Of a stretch of DNA of 64,000 nt, positions 9,347 to 19,228 are shown piece after piece. The position numbers were made by a program, and so were the translations under genes. The notes beneath the pieces were generated by a model, which was not told the DNA's origin, did no database searches, and was given only the letters and a program-made list of their open reading frames with translations. Location of the stretch: positions 9,026-73,025 of the forward strand of contig DATJAS010000044.1 of NCBI GenBank assembly GCA_035516035.1, written 5' to 3'. Each line of letters opens with the position of its first letter. Position 1 is the stretch's first letter. The stretch is from Bacteroidota bacterium. GTDB lineage: Bacteria > Bacteroidota > Ignavibacteria > UBA10030 > UBA6906.

Positions 9347-10666
9347 ATGCCCCGATTTTCATTTGTGAACGATCTATTCAATCGCATCGACCCGCGCATC
9401 AAGGCAATCCTGACGCGGCGTCCGGTTGTCACGTACGCGGTGGCCGGTGCGCTTGCGCTCCTGCTCATCCTCTACGTCGCGCTCCCGGCCGGCGCCGCAA
9501 AATCGGATATCACCGTCGTCCCTGCGCGGGGCGTCTTTCTCGTCACCGTGACTGTCAGCGGCGAGCTCCAGGCGAAGAACTCGATCAACGTGATGGGCCC
9601 GCAGGATGCCCAGCGGGCAAACATCTGGCAGATGAAGCTGAGCAACCTCATCCCCGAAGGGACCGTGGTGAAGAAAGGGGAGATCGTCGCCGAACTGGAT
9701 AAGTCTGAGATCACGGGCAAGTTCAAGGAATCGCAGCTTAACGTCCAGAAGCTGGATGCCCAGTTCCTCCAGACGGTGCTCGATAGCGCGCTGACCCTCT
9801 CGCAAGCGAGGGACGATTTGGTAAACCTCGCGTACACCGAGGAAGAAAAGCGCCTTGCCCAGGAGGAATCCGCGTACGAGGCACCCGCGATGAAACGGCA
9901 GGCGGAGATAGAGTTCGAACGTGCGAAGCGCGGACTCGAGCAGGCGAAGCAGAACTACGTCACGAAGCGGAAACAATCGGTGGCCAAGACACAGGCGGCG
10001 GGCGCTGACCTGATGAAGGAGAAACAGCACCTGGAGATGTACCAGAAAGCGATGGAGGAGTTTACGATCCGGGCCCCCGCGGACGGGATGGTGATCTACG
10101 CGCGGGAATGGAACGGGAAAAAGAAAGTGGTGGGAAGCACGATCAACGCCTGGGATCCCACGGTCGCGACGCTCCCCGACCTGCGCGAGATGGAGTCGAT
10201 TACGTACGTGAGCGAGCTTGATATCCAGAAGCTCGCCGTCGGCCAGAAAGTGACGCTCGGCCTCGACGCGGACCCTGCGAAGAAGCTGACGGGTGTCGTG
10301 GTTGCCGTGGCGAACATCGGGGAGCAGAGGCCGAACTCCGATTCCAAGGTCTTTGAAGTGCGGATCAAGGTCAACGAATCTGATACAACGCTGCGGCCGG
10401 CCATGACCACCGCAAACGAGATCCTCGTGGCAAAACAGGACAGCGTCCTGTCGGTCCCCCTGGAGTGCGTCCATACCGAGGGGGGCGTGACGTTCGTGTA
10501 CAGGAGGAGCGGCGGTTCAGTCGTGAAACAGGAAGTGAAAACCGGGTTGATTAACGAGAACGCGACGGTGATCCTCGCGGGTGTGACGGATCGCGACGTC
10601 CTCCTGTTAACAACGCCCCCAGATGCGGGGAAATTCAAGACCGTCCTCCTTGCGTCCCCCCTGTGA
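9347..10666 (+). CDS. HlyD-family efflux periplasmic adaptor (membrane fusion protein)
   Basis: N-terminal TM anchor, a long coiled-coil region and a C-terminal beta-barrel-like region. It overlaps the FtsX permease gene by 4 nt. Confidence 0.75.
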   Translation: MPRFSFVNDLFNRIDPRIKAILTRRPVVTYAVAGALALLLILYVALPAGAAKSDITVVPARGVFLVTVTVSGELQAKNSINVMGPQDAQRANIWQMKLSNLIPEGTVVKKGEIVAELDKSEITGKFKESQLNVQKLDAQFLQTVLDSALTLSQARDDLVNLAYTEEEKRLAQEESAYEAPAMKRQAEIEFERAKRGLEQAKQNYVTKRKQSVAKTQAAGADLMKEKQHLEMYQKAMEEFTIRAPADGMVIYAREWNGKKKVVGSTINAWDPTVATLPDLREMESITYVSELDIQKLAVGQKVTLGLDADPAKKLTGVVVAVANIGEQRPNSDSKVFEVRIKVNESDTTLRPAMTTANEILVAKQDSVLSVPLECVHTEGGVTFVYRRSGGSVVKQEVKTGLINENATVILAGVTDRDVLLLTTPPDAGKFKTVLLASPL

Positions 10667-12057
10667 ACCTGCCGGGAAACAGATTCGTTGCGCGCTGGCT
10701 CTCGACGGGCACGGCCCTCCAGCTTGCGCAGAGCGCTCGCATCGCGGTCGAGGCGATCACGCACAACCGGCTTCGCGCCGTCCTGACCTCTCTCGGGATC
10801 GTCTTCGGCGTGGGGTCGGTGATCTCCATGCTGGCCGTCGGGACCGGGGCCAAGCAGGAGATCCTCGAACAGATGAAGCTCCTCGGGGCTAACAACATCA
10901 TCATCACCCCGGTCGTCGAGCAGGAGGAGGGGAAGGTCGAGGAGGAGCCAGCGACGGGCAAGAAAGAGAAAAAACGGTTCAGCCCCGGCCTGACGCTTGA
11001 CGACGGCGAAGGGATATTGAGCACGCTCCCCGGGATTGAATTCGTGAGCCCGGAAGTGGTCATGGAGACCATGATCGTGCGCGAGGGGCTCAAGCGCACT
11101 GGGAAGCTCGTTGGCGTCGATTCGATATACTTTGTCACAACGGATTTTGCCCTCGAGCGGGGGCAGCTCTTCTCGCGGGCCCAGATGAGCCAGGCGCTCC
11201 CGGTTGCGGTAATCGGCCACGGGATCAAGACGAGGTTCTTCTCCACTCAGGATCCCATCGGCGGCAGGATCAAATGCGGGAGCCTCTGGCTCACGGTGGT
11301 CGGTGTGTTGCAGGAACGGCGGCTGAGCAAGGACAACATACAGCATCTCGGCCTGCGCGATTTCAACTTCGACGTGTACACGCCCGTGAAGACGCTTCTT
11401 CTCCGCTACAAGAACCGGACGCTGGTCACGCGGCTCGACGTGCAGAAGGCCGCGCGGGAAACCGGCGGGGACGACAATAACGGCGAGCAGAAGAAGGCGG
11501 TCAATTACCACCAGCTCGACCGGCTGGTCGTCCGCGTGGCGAATACGGACCAGATGGCGGGCCTGGCGGAGGTCATCAGCAGGATGCTCGAGCGCCGGCA
11601 CAATAACGTGGTCGATTTCCAGGTCATGGTCCCCGAGCAGCTCCTCCGGCAGGCGCAGCGGACGCGTGAGATATTCAATATTGTCCTCGGCGCGATCGCC
11701 TCGATCTCGCTGATCGTGGGGGGTATCGGCATCATGAATATCATGCTCGCCTCGGTGATGGAGCGGACAAAGGAGATCGGCATTCGCCGGGCTGCGGGAG
11801 CGACGAAGCGCGCAATCGTGCTCCAGTTCCTGAGCGAGGCCATGATCATCAGCTTCACGGGGGGAATCATGGGCATTATTCTCGGCTTCGCTATCAGCTC
11901 CGCGATTGAGACGTTCGCAGGCGTCCAGACGATCGTGACGTTCCTCTCCGTGCTTGTCGCGTTTGTGATATCTATATCGGTGGGGATCCTCTTCGGCATC
12001 CTCCCCGCGCGGCGCGCGGCCGAACAGGATCCGGTTGCGTGCCTGCGGTACGAATAA
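10663..12057 (+). CDS. ABC transporter permease, FtsX/MacB-like (no ATPase domain)
   Basis: N-terminal TM, a large periplasmic MacB-like domain, and C-terminal FtsX helices carrying the GIGIMNIMLASVMERTKEIGIRRAAGATK motif. Confidence 0.8.
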   Translation: MNLPGNRFVARWLSTGTALQLAQSARIAVEAITHNRLRAVLTSLGIVFGVGSVISMLAVGTGAKQEILEQMKLLGANNIIITPVVEQEEGKVEEEPATGKKEKKRFSPGLTLDDGEGILSTLPGIEFVSPEVVMETMIVREGLKRTGKLVGVDSIYFVTTDFALERGQLFSRAQMSQALPVAVIGHGIKTRFFSTQDPIGGRIKCGSLWLTVVGVLQERRLSKDNIQHLGLRDFNFDVYTPVKTLLLRYKNRTLVTRLDVQKAARETGGDDNNGEQKKAVNYHQLDRLVVRVANTDQMAGLAEVISRMLERRHNNVVDFQVMVPEQLLRQAQRTREIFNIVLGAIASISLIVGGIGIMNIMLASVMERTKEIGIRRAAGATKRAIVLQFLSEAMIISFTGGIMGIILGFAISSAIETFAGVQTIVTFLSVLVAFVISISVGILFGILPARRAAEQDPVACLRYE

Positions 12058-12074
12058 ACTACCGGACAGAACGA

Positions 12075-13544
12075 ATGAAGAACTCGGCCCTCCTGCTTAT
12101 GCTCCTGGCGACCGGCACGGCGCGCCTCCCCGCCCAGGTCGACACGACGTGGTTGACGCTCCACGACTGCGTGCGCATGGCGCGCGAGCAGGGCCCCCTC
12201 GGCGCCATGGCCCGGAGCTCTCTGGAGGAGAAAGAGTCAACCTACCGCTCGTTCATGCGCGGGCTTCTCCCACAGCTTTCACTCCAGGGGGATGCTCCCG
12301 GCTACACCCATTCCATCAACCCCGTCGTCCTCCCCGACGGGACGACGATGTTCATCCCCCAGAGCGAAGCATCTTCCGCGGCCAGCCTCGCGCTCACGCA
12401 GAAGATCCCGTTCACCGGGGGCCTCCTCTCCGTCCTCTCCGGGCTGAACAGGATCGACATAATGGAGTCGCGGACGCACTACTATAACGCGAAGCCCCTC
12501 TCCCTGTCGCTCACGCAGCCAATTTTCCAGCTCAACACGATGCGCTGGGACGAGGAGGCGCAGGATCTCCACTACCGTATGGCCCCGCGCGAGCTGGCCG
12601 AAGCGCTCGAAGACTGCGCGGCTGATGTGACGAACAAGTTTTTCGACCTTCTCGTGTCGTCGATGAACGCCTCAAACGCCTCGCTCAACGTGGCAATCAA
12701 CGATACCCTCTACAGGATCTCGCGCGGCAGGTTTAACGTCGGCAAGATCGCGGAGAATGACCTGCTCCAGAGCGAACTTGCCTACCTTAGCGCGAAGACC
12801 GACTTCGAGAACGCTGAGGTAGGGCTCTCCCGGTCGCGAGAAACGCTCAGGGCGGCGCTCGGCATGTCGCCGGTGGTCACGTTTGCACTCGTGCCTCCCC
12901 GGGAGATCACCGGCGGGCGCGTCGAACCTGACTCGGCGCTCGCGGCGGCGAGGCGCTACCGGAGCGACATGCTCAATTACGAACTTCAGCGCCTGACGGC
13001 AGAGCGGGGGGTGATCCAGGCGAAATCGGACAACGCGTTTGTCGCGACACTGAACGCCAGCATAGGGTACAACCAGACTGCCCCGGTGCTCCCCGATGCC
13101 TACCGGCAGCTCCTTGACCAGCAGGCGGTGAGCTTGGGGTTCACGTTCCCGATATTCCGGTGGGGAGCGGGGAGCGCTGCGGTGGATGCGGCGCTTGCCG
13201 AGCAGAAGCGCACGGAAGTCTCGGTGGCGCAGCAACGGTTCGACGCGGAGCAGGAGGTCCTCTACGAAGCGGCCAGGCTGAACCTCCTGCGAGAGCAGGT
13301 GGCTGTCGCGGCTAAGTCCGACACGATTGCACAGCGGCGGTTCGACGTGGCGAAGGATCGCTACGTCATCGGCAAGATCGATATACCGATCCTCTTTATC
13401 GCGCAGAGCGAGAAAGACGCGGCGCGGCGGGCGAATATCCAGACGCTCTGGAATTACTGGGCGAGTTACTTCCGGCTCCGGCGGCTCACGCTCTTCGATT
13501 TCGAGACCGGGGAGCCGCTTGTGTCGCTCGAAGGGGGGCGGTAG
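12075..13544 (+). CDS. TolC-family outer membrane efflux protein
   Basis: Signal peptide MKNSALLLMLLATGTARLPAQ. It has the two-repeat OEP architecture. Start moved to the Met at 12075, which removes the overlap with the upstream gene. Confidence 0.75.
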   Translation: MKNSALLLMLLATGTARLPAQVDTTWLTLHDCVRMAREQGPLGAMARSSLEEKESTYRSFMRGLLPQLSLQGDAPGYTHSINPVVLPDGTTMFIPQSEASSAASLALTQKIPFTGGLLSVLSGLNRIDIMESRTHYYNAKPLSLSLTQPIFQLNTMRWDEEAQDLHYRMAPRELAEALEDCAADVTNKFFDLLVSSMNASNASLNVAINDTLYRISRGRFNVGKIAENDLLQSELAYLSAKTDFENAEVGLSRSRETLRAALGMSPVVTFALVPPREITGGRVEPDSALAAARRYRSDMLNYELQRLTAERGVIQAKSDNAFVATLNASIGYNQTAPVLPDAYRQLLDQQAVSLGFTFPIFRWGAGSAAVDAALAEQKRTEVSVAQQRFDAEQEVLYEAARLNLLREQVAVAAKSDTIAQRRFDVAKDRYVIGKIDIPILFIAQSEKDAARRANIQTLWNYWASYFRLRRLTLFDFETGEPLVSLEGGR

Positions 13545-14134
13545 GCTCGCTGCGTGGAGGCGGCGGAGAGGAGTTCCTCCCTCTCCCGCTGAGTTGCATT
13601 TCGCCACTGGCCGGGAGCCAGGCCTTGCAGCGTCAGGCTTCCGATCGAAGTCCGCACAAGCCTGAGCGTCGGATGGCCGACCGCCGCCGTCATCTTCCTC
13701 ACCTGCCTGTTCTTCCCCTCCGTGAGGCTGATCTCAAGGCAGGCCGTGGGTACGCTCTTCCTGAACCTGATAGGAACCGGCCGCGGGGGAAGGTCGGGCT
13801 CGGCTGGAAGCAGACGCACGCTCGCCGGGAGCGTTTTTCGCCCCTCAATTTTGACCCCCTCCCGCAGCCTTCCCAGGGCCCCCTCGTTGGGGATCCGTTC
13901 CACCTGTGCAACGTACGTCCTCCGGTGGCCGAACCGCGGGTCCGTCACCATGTGTGTGATGCGGTTATCGTCCGTCAGGAGGAGTAGCCCCTCGCTCTCC
14001 GCGTCCAGGCGCCCGGCAGGGTACACGGACTTCGGGAATGGGCCGAAGTCAGCGAGCGTCTGCCACTTTCCCTCCCGCGTGAACTGGGAGAGCACGCCGA
14101 AAGGCTTGTAGAAGAGTATCAGGTGCGCTGCCAT
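13466..14134 (-). CDS. rluE: 23S rRNA pseudouridine synthase, RluE/RsuA family
   Basis: Catalytic motif YPAGRLDAESEGLLLLT. Length is ~220 aa. The basic C-terminal tail overlaps the convergent TolC 3' end. Confidence 0.75.
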   Translation of the reverse strand: MAAHLILFYKPFGVLSQFTREGKWQTLADFGPFPKSVYPAGRLDAESEGLLLLTDDNRITHMVTDPRFGHRRTYVAQVERIPNEGALGRLREGVKIEGRKTLPASVRLLPAEPDLPPRPVPIRFRKSVPTACLEISLTEGKNRQVRKMTAAVGHPTLRLVRTSIGSLTLQGLAPGQWRNATQREREELLSAASTQRAYRPPSSDTSGSPVSKSKSVSRRSRK

Positions 14135-14247
14135 GCCGCCAATGTATGCAGAAGGAGCGCGAAATGCGATTGCGGGAGCGGGCGCTTTCTTGATTCTCGG
14201 CTCGCTTCTCTCTACTTTAGTATGTCACTGATAACACGCGCAACAAC

Positions 14248-15312
14248 ATGCCGACGACCCGGAGGACATTCCTGCAACGAGCCGGGGCGGCTGCCGCGGC
14301 GGCCGTCGCGGGTGCACCGCTGATCCCGTCCCTTCTCAAGTCCGCGCCGGCGCCATCGCCCGGCCCGATCGTCATCGCCAGCGGGAACGGCCTCGAGGCG
14401 GTGAAAAAGGCGATGCAGGTGATCCAGCAGGGGAACGACGCGCTGGATGCCGTCATCGCCGGCGTGAACATCAACGAGAACGATCCGAACGACACCAGCG
14501 TAGGGTACGGCGGCCTGCCCAACGAGGACGGCGTGGTCGAGCTGGATTCCGCCGTGATGCACGGCCCGAACCACATGGCCGGTGCGGTGGCGTCGCTCCG
14601 CAATATCAAGAACCCCTCGAAGGTCGCCCGCCTGGTCATGGAGCGCACGGACCACGTGCTGCTCGTGGGAGAGGGGGCGCTCCGGTTCGCGAAGGCGCAC
14701 GGCTTCGTGGAGGAGAACCTCCTCACCGAGAAGGCTCGGGAAGAGTGGCTGAAGTGGAAGGAGAACATGTCGAAGGAGGACGCCTGGCTGCCCGTGCATG
14801 CCGACACGACCCGCGCCGACCTTATCGGCGAGGCGTTCGCCCCGTACATGAAATACACGGGGACGATCCACTGCAGCGCCATCGACAGGAACGGCAACAT
14901 CTCCTGCGTCACCACCACGAGCGGGCTCGCGTGGAAGATCGCGGGGAGGGTCGGCGATTCGCCGATCGTGGGGGCGGGTCTTTACTGCGACAACGAAGTG
15001 GGTGCCGCGGGCTCGACCGGGCGCGGCGAGGCGAACCTGATCAGCTGCAACAGCGTGATGATCGTTGAATGGATGCGGGCGGGGAAGTCGCCCGAGGAAG
15101 CGTGCCTGTTGGCGTGCAAGCGCGTGGTGGAGAACAACAAGCAGCGGCGGCTGCAGGACGATCAGGGCCGGCCGACGTTTAATGTCTCGTTCTACGCGCT
15201 CAGCAGGAAGGGGGAGCGCGCCTGCGCGTCCGTTTGGGAGCCGAAGGAGTACGCGGTCCACGACGGCAGGGAGGCACGGCTTATCCCGGGTGCGTACCTG
15301 TACAGGAAATGA
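14248..15312 (+). CDS. N4-(beta-N-acetylglucosaminyl)-L-asparaginase / isoaspartyl peptidase (Ntn hydrolase, asparaginase-2 family)
   Basis: Tat-like signal RRTFLQRAGAAAAAAVAGAP. Autoprocessing and active-site region GTIHCSAIDRNGNISCVTTTSGLAWKIAGRVGDSPIVGAGLYCDNEVGAAGSTGRGE. Confidence 0.8.
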   Translation: MPTTRRTFLQRAGAAAAAAVAGAPLIPSLLKSAPAPSPGPIVIASGNGLEAVKKAMQVIQQGNDALDAVIAGVNINENDPNDTSVGYGGLPNEDGVVELDSAVMHGPNHMAGAVASLRNIKNPSKVARLVMERTDHVLLVGEGALRFAKAHGFVEENLLTEKAREEWLKWKENMSKEDAWLPVHADTTRADLIGEAFAPYMKYTGTIHCSAIDRNGNISCVTTTSGLAWKIAGRVGDSPIVGAGLYCDNEVGAAGSTGRGEANLISCNSVMIVEWMRAGKSPEEACLLACKRVVENNKQRRLQDDQGRPTFNVSFYALSRKGERACASVWEPKEYAVHDGREARLIPGAYLYRK

Positions 15313-15334
15313 CTGTCCCACAACCCGGCACTGA

Positions 15335-17287
15335 ATGAACGTTTCGCTACGACGATTTCAGATATTCCTTCTCGTCTTGATCCCCCTGGCGGCTCGTGCG
15401 CAGCTTTTCCGGATAGATACGCTCGCGCGCGGCCCCGCCATACAGCTCCCGTCCGCCTTCGCGTTCGTCCCTGGCGCAGACGATAAGTTCTTCTTCGCTG
15501 AGCGAAGCACCGGACGCGTGCGCCTTTTTGACGGCGCCCTCCATCCCGGCGCTTTTGTCACCGTCCCGGTGGAAGACGAGGGGGAGCAGGGACTCCTCGG
15601 CCTTGCTGTCCATCCCGATTACCCCGATTCCCCCTTTGTCTACGTCTACTACGTCCGCGCGATCGACAGGGCGGGGATCCTCGAGCGCTACCGCGACCAG
15701 AACGGCGAAGGGGTGTCGCCCGACCTCCTCCTCTTTATCGCGCGCAGGGACGAGGCGACGCAGAACAACGGCGGCGTTCTCCGCTTCGGCCCGGACGGCA
15801 AGCTCTACCTCGCCGTGGGGGACCACGGCGCGCGGCCTTCCAATGCGCAGGACACGCTCGGGGGGAGAAACCTCCGGGGAAAAATCCTCAGGCTGAACCC
15901 GGACGGCACTGTGCCTGACGATAACCCCTACCCGCGGAAATATTTCTGGTCGCTCGGACACCGTGATCCAACGGGACTCGGGTTCGATCCCCTGAACGGC
16001 AGGATGTACGTCACCGAGGGAGGTGTGCTTGCCAACGAGGTGCTTGCGGTCCCGCGGGGGGCGAATTTCGGCTGGCCCGGACGTCGCCCGACTTCGCCCG
16101 ATTCGGGACGCTCCCCGGCGGTTCTCTACAGCACCGTCAGGTTGGACCAGCCCGACCTGAGAGGTGTCGCGGTGTACCGGGGAGACCTTTTTCCCCGGCT
16201 CAACGGGAAGATCCTTTTTGTCGGGAACGCCGACCCCACGCTCTGGGTCGGGACGTTCCTCCCCGGGAGGGATTCGCTTGCGGTCGAGCCGATATACAAA
16301 TCAAATACCGGGTTCTCCGACGTGCAGGTCGGCCCCGACGGCTGCATCTATCTGGCGAACGGTCCTTACCGGGGAAGCCGGATCGTGCGGCTCTTCCCGG
16401 TCGCCCCGTCGTTCGTCTCGGCCCCCCCTTCCGCCGCGGTGCTCGGCGAGCCGTACCTCTACACGCCAATATTCAACGGCACGCCCCCCGTGCTCGAGGT
16501 CGTGAGCGGACCGGAAGGGATGACCGTCGACACGACGGACTGGAGCGTACACTGGGTTCCGTCGAAGCCGGAGGCGCTCGCAAGGAAGGCCCAAGTGACG
16601 CTCCGGGCACGCAACGGTGCGGGAACTGTCGATCAGCAGTTCACCGTGTCCATCCAGAATGTGAACGAGCCTCCCTCGGCGTTCGCGCTCACCTCCCCCC
16701 CGGACAGAAGCGAAGAGCGGTTCCTCGGGGAGGACCCGTACGTCATGTTCAGCTGGTCCGCGGCGCACGACCCCGACCTGGACACCGTGCGCTACGCCAT
16801 CCAGATCGATACCGTCGCGACGTTTGCCAGCCCGTTCCTCCTGACAATCGACGCCGGGACGTCCGATTCAGCCCGCGTGGCGCTTCCCCAGGCGAGCGCC
16901 GAGTACTACTGGCGTGTGGCCGCGACCGACGGGAAGTTGACGACGCTTGCCGCGCCCCGCGTGTCGCGCATCAGCGTAATCTTTTCGAAATTCCTCGGCC
17001 GGGAGCGTGCCCGGCACGTCGAATCGGTGATCGAGCCGGTATTCCCGCCGCCGGCCCCGCTGAACCAGCAGCCGGACATCAGGTACACTGTCCCCCGCAC
17101 CGGGTACGTGCGTCTCTCCGTGTTCAATCTCCTCGGGCAGGAAGTGGCGCGTCTCTACGACGGCACGCAGCAAGCGGGGACGTACGACGTGGCGATCAGC
17201 GGAGCCAACCTCCCGAACGGCATCTACTTCTACCGCCTCATCGCCCCCGGCTTCGCCGAGACAAAGAAGATCGTGGTGTCCCGGTGA
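15335..17287 (+). CDS. PQQ-dependent sugar (glucose/sorbosone) dehydrogenase with type IX secretion C-terminal sorting domain
   Basis: Signal peptide. SGDH beta-propeller motifs LAVHPDY, GGVLRFGPDGKLYLAVGDHG and LGHRDPTGLGFDP. The C-terminus NGIYFYRLIAPGFAETKKIVVSR looks like a T9SS sorting domain. Confidence 0.8.
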   Translation: MNVSLRRFQIFLLVLIPLAARAQLFRIDTLARGPAIQLPSAFAFVPGADDKFFFAERSTGRVRLFDGALHPGAFVTVPVEDEGEQGLLGLAVHPDYPDSPFVYVYYVRAIDRAGILERYRDQNGEGVSPDLLLFIARRDEATQNNGGVLRFGPDGKLYLAVGDHGARPSNAQDTLGGRNLRGKILRLNPDGTVPDDNPYPRKYFWSLGHRDPTGLGFDPLNGRMYVTEGGVLANEVLAVPRGANFGWPGRRPTSPDSGRSPAVLYSTVRLDQPDLRGVAVYRGDLFPRLNGKILFVGNADPTLWVGTFLPGRDSLAVEPIYKSNTGFSDVQVGPDGCIYLANGPYRGSRIVRLFPVAPSFVSAPPSAAVLGEPYLYTPIFNGTPPVLEVVSGPEGMTVDTTDWSVHWVPSKPEALARKAQVTLRARNGAGTVDQQFTVSIQNVNEPPSAFALTSPPDRSEERFLGEDPYVMFSWSAAHDPDLDTVRYAIQIDTVATFASPFLLTIDAGTSDSARVALPQASAEYYWRVAATDGKLTTLAAPRVSRISVIFSKFLGRERARHVESVIEPVFPPPAPLNQQPDIRYTVPRTGYVRLSVFNLLGQEVARLYDGTQQAGTYDVAISGANLPNGIYFYRLIAPGFAETKKIVVSR

Positions 17288-17290
17288 GCC

Positions 17291-18523
17291 TCACTTGCTC
17301 CGCCGGATCACCACGATGGTCTTGTCGTCCGAGTACTCGAGCAGCTTGTTGTGCTTCTGGACGTCTTCCACGATGAGCTGACAGATCTCCTTCGGCGTGT
17401 GCGAGCGGAGGTCCTTCACCTTGGCCACCAGCCGGTCCTCGCCGTACATTTCCCCCTTCTCGTTTGAGGCCTCGACGATCCCGTCTGTGTAGAGGATCAT
17501 GATGTCGCCGCGGCGCATGATCGTGAACTCGGTCCTGTATTTCTCGGCGGGGAATGGCCCGATGATCTGGCCGGTTGCCCCCAGCAGCTCCGTCTGCCCC
17601 GTAGCGGCATGGAGGAGTATCGGGAAGCAGTGCCCGGCGTTCACGTACGAGACGAGCCCGTTGTCCGAATCGGTGAACTCGGCATACACCATCGAGATGA
17701 AGTGTTCGGGCGTGAACGTCTTGTTGACGAGGCGGTTCAGCCGGCCGATCAGCGTGCTCATCTTCGTCTGGAACTCGACCCCCATGCGGAGCGCGCCGGA
17801 GACGTACAGGGCCTGCGCGGCGGCGGAGAGCCCCTTGCTTGCCGCGTCGCCGATCACCACGCCGAGGCGGTCCCTGTCGTCGGAGGCCTGGAGGTAGTCG
17901 AAGAAATCCCCCCCGACGATCCGCTCGGAGAGCGAGATGCCGTAGATGTCGTAGAATGCGAACTTCAGCTCGTGCTCGGGAAGGATGCTCCGCTGGATCT
18001 CGCGTGCCTGGTCCAGGTCGCGCTCGAGCTGTTTGGCCTTGCTCTCGCTGCGCCTGTTGCGCAGGGCGGATGTGAGCGCGCTCCCCAGGATGTTCAGCGT
18101 GTAGAGCATGTCCTCTTTCAGGTAGTCGGCGTTGATCGCCAGGACGTACTGGTAGAGGTTGTATGACCGCCAGGGGATCTTCTCGCCGACCCCGGTGGCC
18201 GAGTAGTGCGAAATCCCCTTCTGCCGGAGATAGCGGTTGGTCTCGTTGGCGACGATCGTCCCCTTCTTGTCGAGCTGGCCGAACATCGGATAATCGACCA
18301 CGCGGATCCGGAAGTTCTTCTGGATCTCCTCGATCTCGCCGTACTGGCGGAGGAGCCGGTAGTTCCCCGAATTCGATTCGAGCTTCCAGATGCGGCCACC
18401 CCTGATGCGCGTAGCCTCGTTGACGATGACGCTCTCGAGGATGTGACCGAGGAGCTGTTCTTCCGTGCGGAACTTCTCGTCGCTCAGTATCCTGATCGTC
18501 CTGTACAGCTTGTGCTGGTCCAT
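17291..18523 (-). CDS. PP2C-family (SpoIIE/RsbU-like) serine phosphatase with N-terminal GAF-like sensor
   Basis: PP2C motifs GGDFFDY, GDAASKG and ILYTDGIVEA. The N-terminal ~170 aa are a GAF-like sensor. Confidence 0.75.
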   Translation of the reverse strand: MDQHKLYRTIRILSDEKFRTEEQLLGHILESVIVNEATRIRGGRIWKLESNSGNYRLLRQYGEIEEIQKNFRIRVVDYPMFGQLDKKGTIVANETNRYLRQKGISHYSATGVGEKIPWRSYNLYQYVLAINADYLKEDMLYTLNILGSALTSALRNRRSESKAKQLERDLDQAREIQRSILPEHELKFAFYDIYGISLSERIVGGDFFDYLQASDDRDRLGVVIGDAASKGLSAAAQALYVSGALRMGVEFQTKMSTLIGRLNRLVNKTFTPEHFISMVYAEFTDSDNGLVSYVNAGHCFPILLHAATGQTELLGATGQIIGPFPAEKYRTEFTIMRRGDIMILYTDGIVEASNEKGEMYGEDRLVAKVKDLRSHTPKEICQLIVEDVQKHNKLLEYSDDKTIVVIRRSK

Positions 18524-18547
18524 GATGCTCCGGGTGTGGTGCCGGGT

Positions 18548-19228
18548 TTACTGGTGATATTTCATTTCGCCCACGCGCAGGGCGATTGCCAGGTGGTCCT
18601 CCTCGCGCGGGATCGCGCAGCTGTACCTGGGGCTGTACGCGCAGAAGGGATTGTACGCCTGGTTGAGGTCGATCGTGTACAGGTGGTGCGGGTCATGCGT
18701 GTCGTTGCCGATCTCGAGGTAGCGCCCCACCTCGTACGTCTCGTGCCCCGTCGTGCTGTCGGTGAACCAGATGCTCAGGTTGTCGCGGTAGAGGTCGAAC
18801 CGCTGCCGGTCATAGGGAGTGAACTTGTAGACATTGAGCCGGAGCATGACGGGCCTGCTGCCGGGACCGGGGACGGGGATTTCCACGTACCCGTAGCGCA
18901 ACTCGCGGCGGGTCTCTCCCCTGGTTCCCATGACCGCGACCGTGTCCGGGTCGGAATAGGTGTGAAGGAGTGATGTCCCGCGATACGCCGGGTCGATCGG
19001 GAACCAGTTGATCCCGTGGTAGTGCACGCTCGTGTCCCGCATGAACGGGGAGTTCGGGTCGTGCGCAAACGAAGAGTCCCGATCGGCGCGGAACTCGATG
19101 TTCTCTTCCACGATCCGGAGTGTGTCCGCGCGTGTGAGCGGCTCGAGTGCAGGCTTCCGCGAGCAGGAGGGAGCCGCGAGTAGTATCCCCGCGCACGCGG
19201 TGCAGAAAGCGACATGAACAGGCTTCAT
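18548..19228 (-). CDS. DUF1684 family lipoprotein
   Basis: Start MKPVHVAFCTACAGILLAAPSCS with a lipobox. DUF1684-like motifs run from FxxDPNSPF to YEVGRYLEI. The track ORF extends to 19822, but that extension is Arg/Gly-rich GC noise overlapping the GT4 gene. Confidence 0.7.
   Translation of the reverse strand: MKPVHVAFCTACAGILLAAPSCSRKPALEPLTRADTLRIVEENIEFRADRDSSFAHDPNSPFMRDTSVHYHGINWFPIDPAYRGTSLLHTYSDPDTVAVMGTRGETRRELRYGYVEIPVPGPGSRPVMLRLNVYKFTPYDRQRFDLYRDNLSIWFTDSTTGHETYEVGRYLEIGNDTHDPHHLYTIDLNQAYNPFCAYSPRYSCAIPREEDHLAIALRVGEMKYHQ

Noticed and set aside
9374-11601. Long antisense ORFs (366 aa and 501 aa on the minus strand) overlapping the HlyD/FtsX genes
   Set aside because: Arg/Pro/Gly-rich translations typical of GC-rich antisense frames. 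No motifs. The plus-strand genes have clear family signatures.
12672-13607. 311-aa minus-strand ORF over the TolC gene
   Set aside because: Antisense artefact with an Arg/Pro/Glu-rich product and no motif.
14212-15321. 369-aa minus-strand ORF opposite the glycosylasparaginase
   Set aside because: Antisense artefact. The plus-strand product has the Ntn-hydrolase active-site block.
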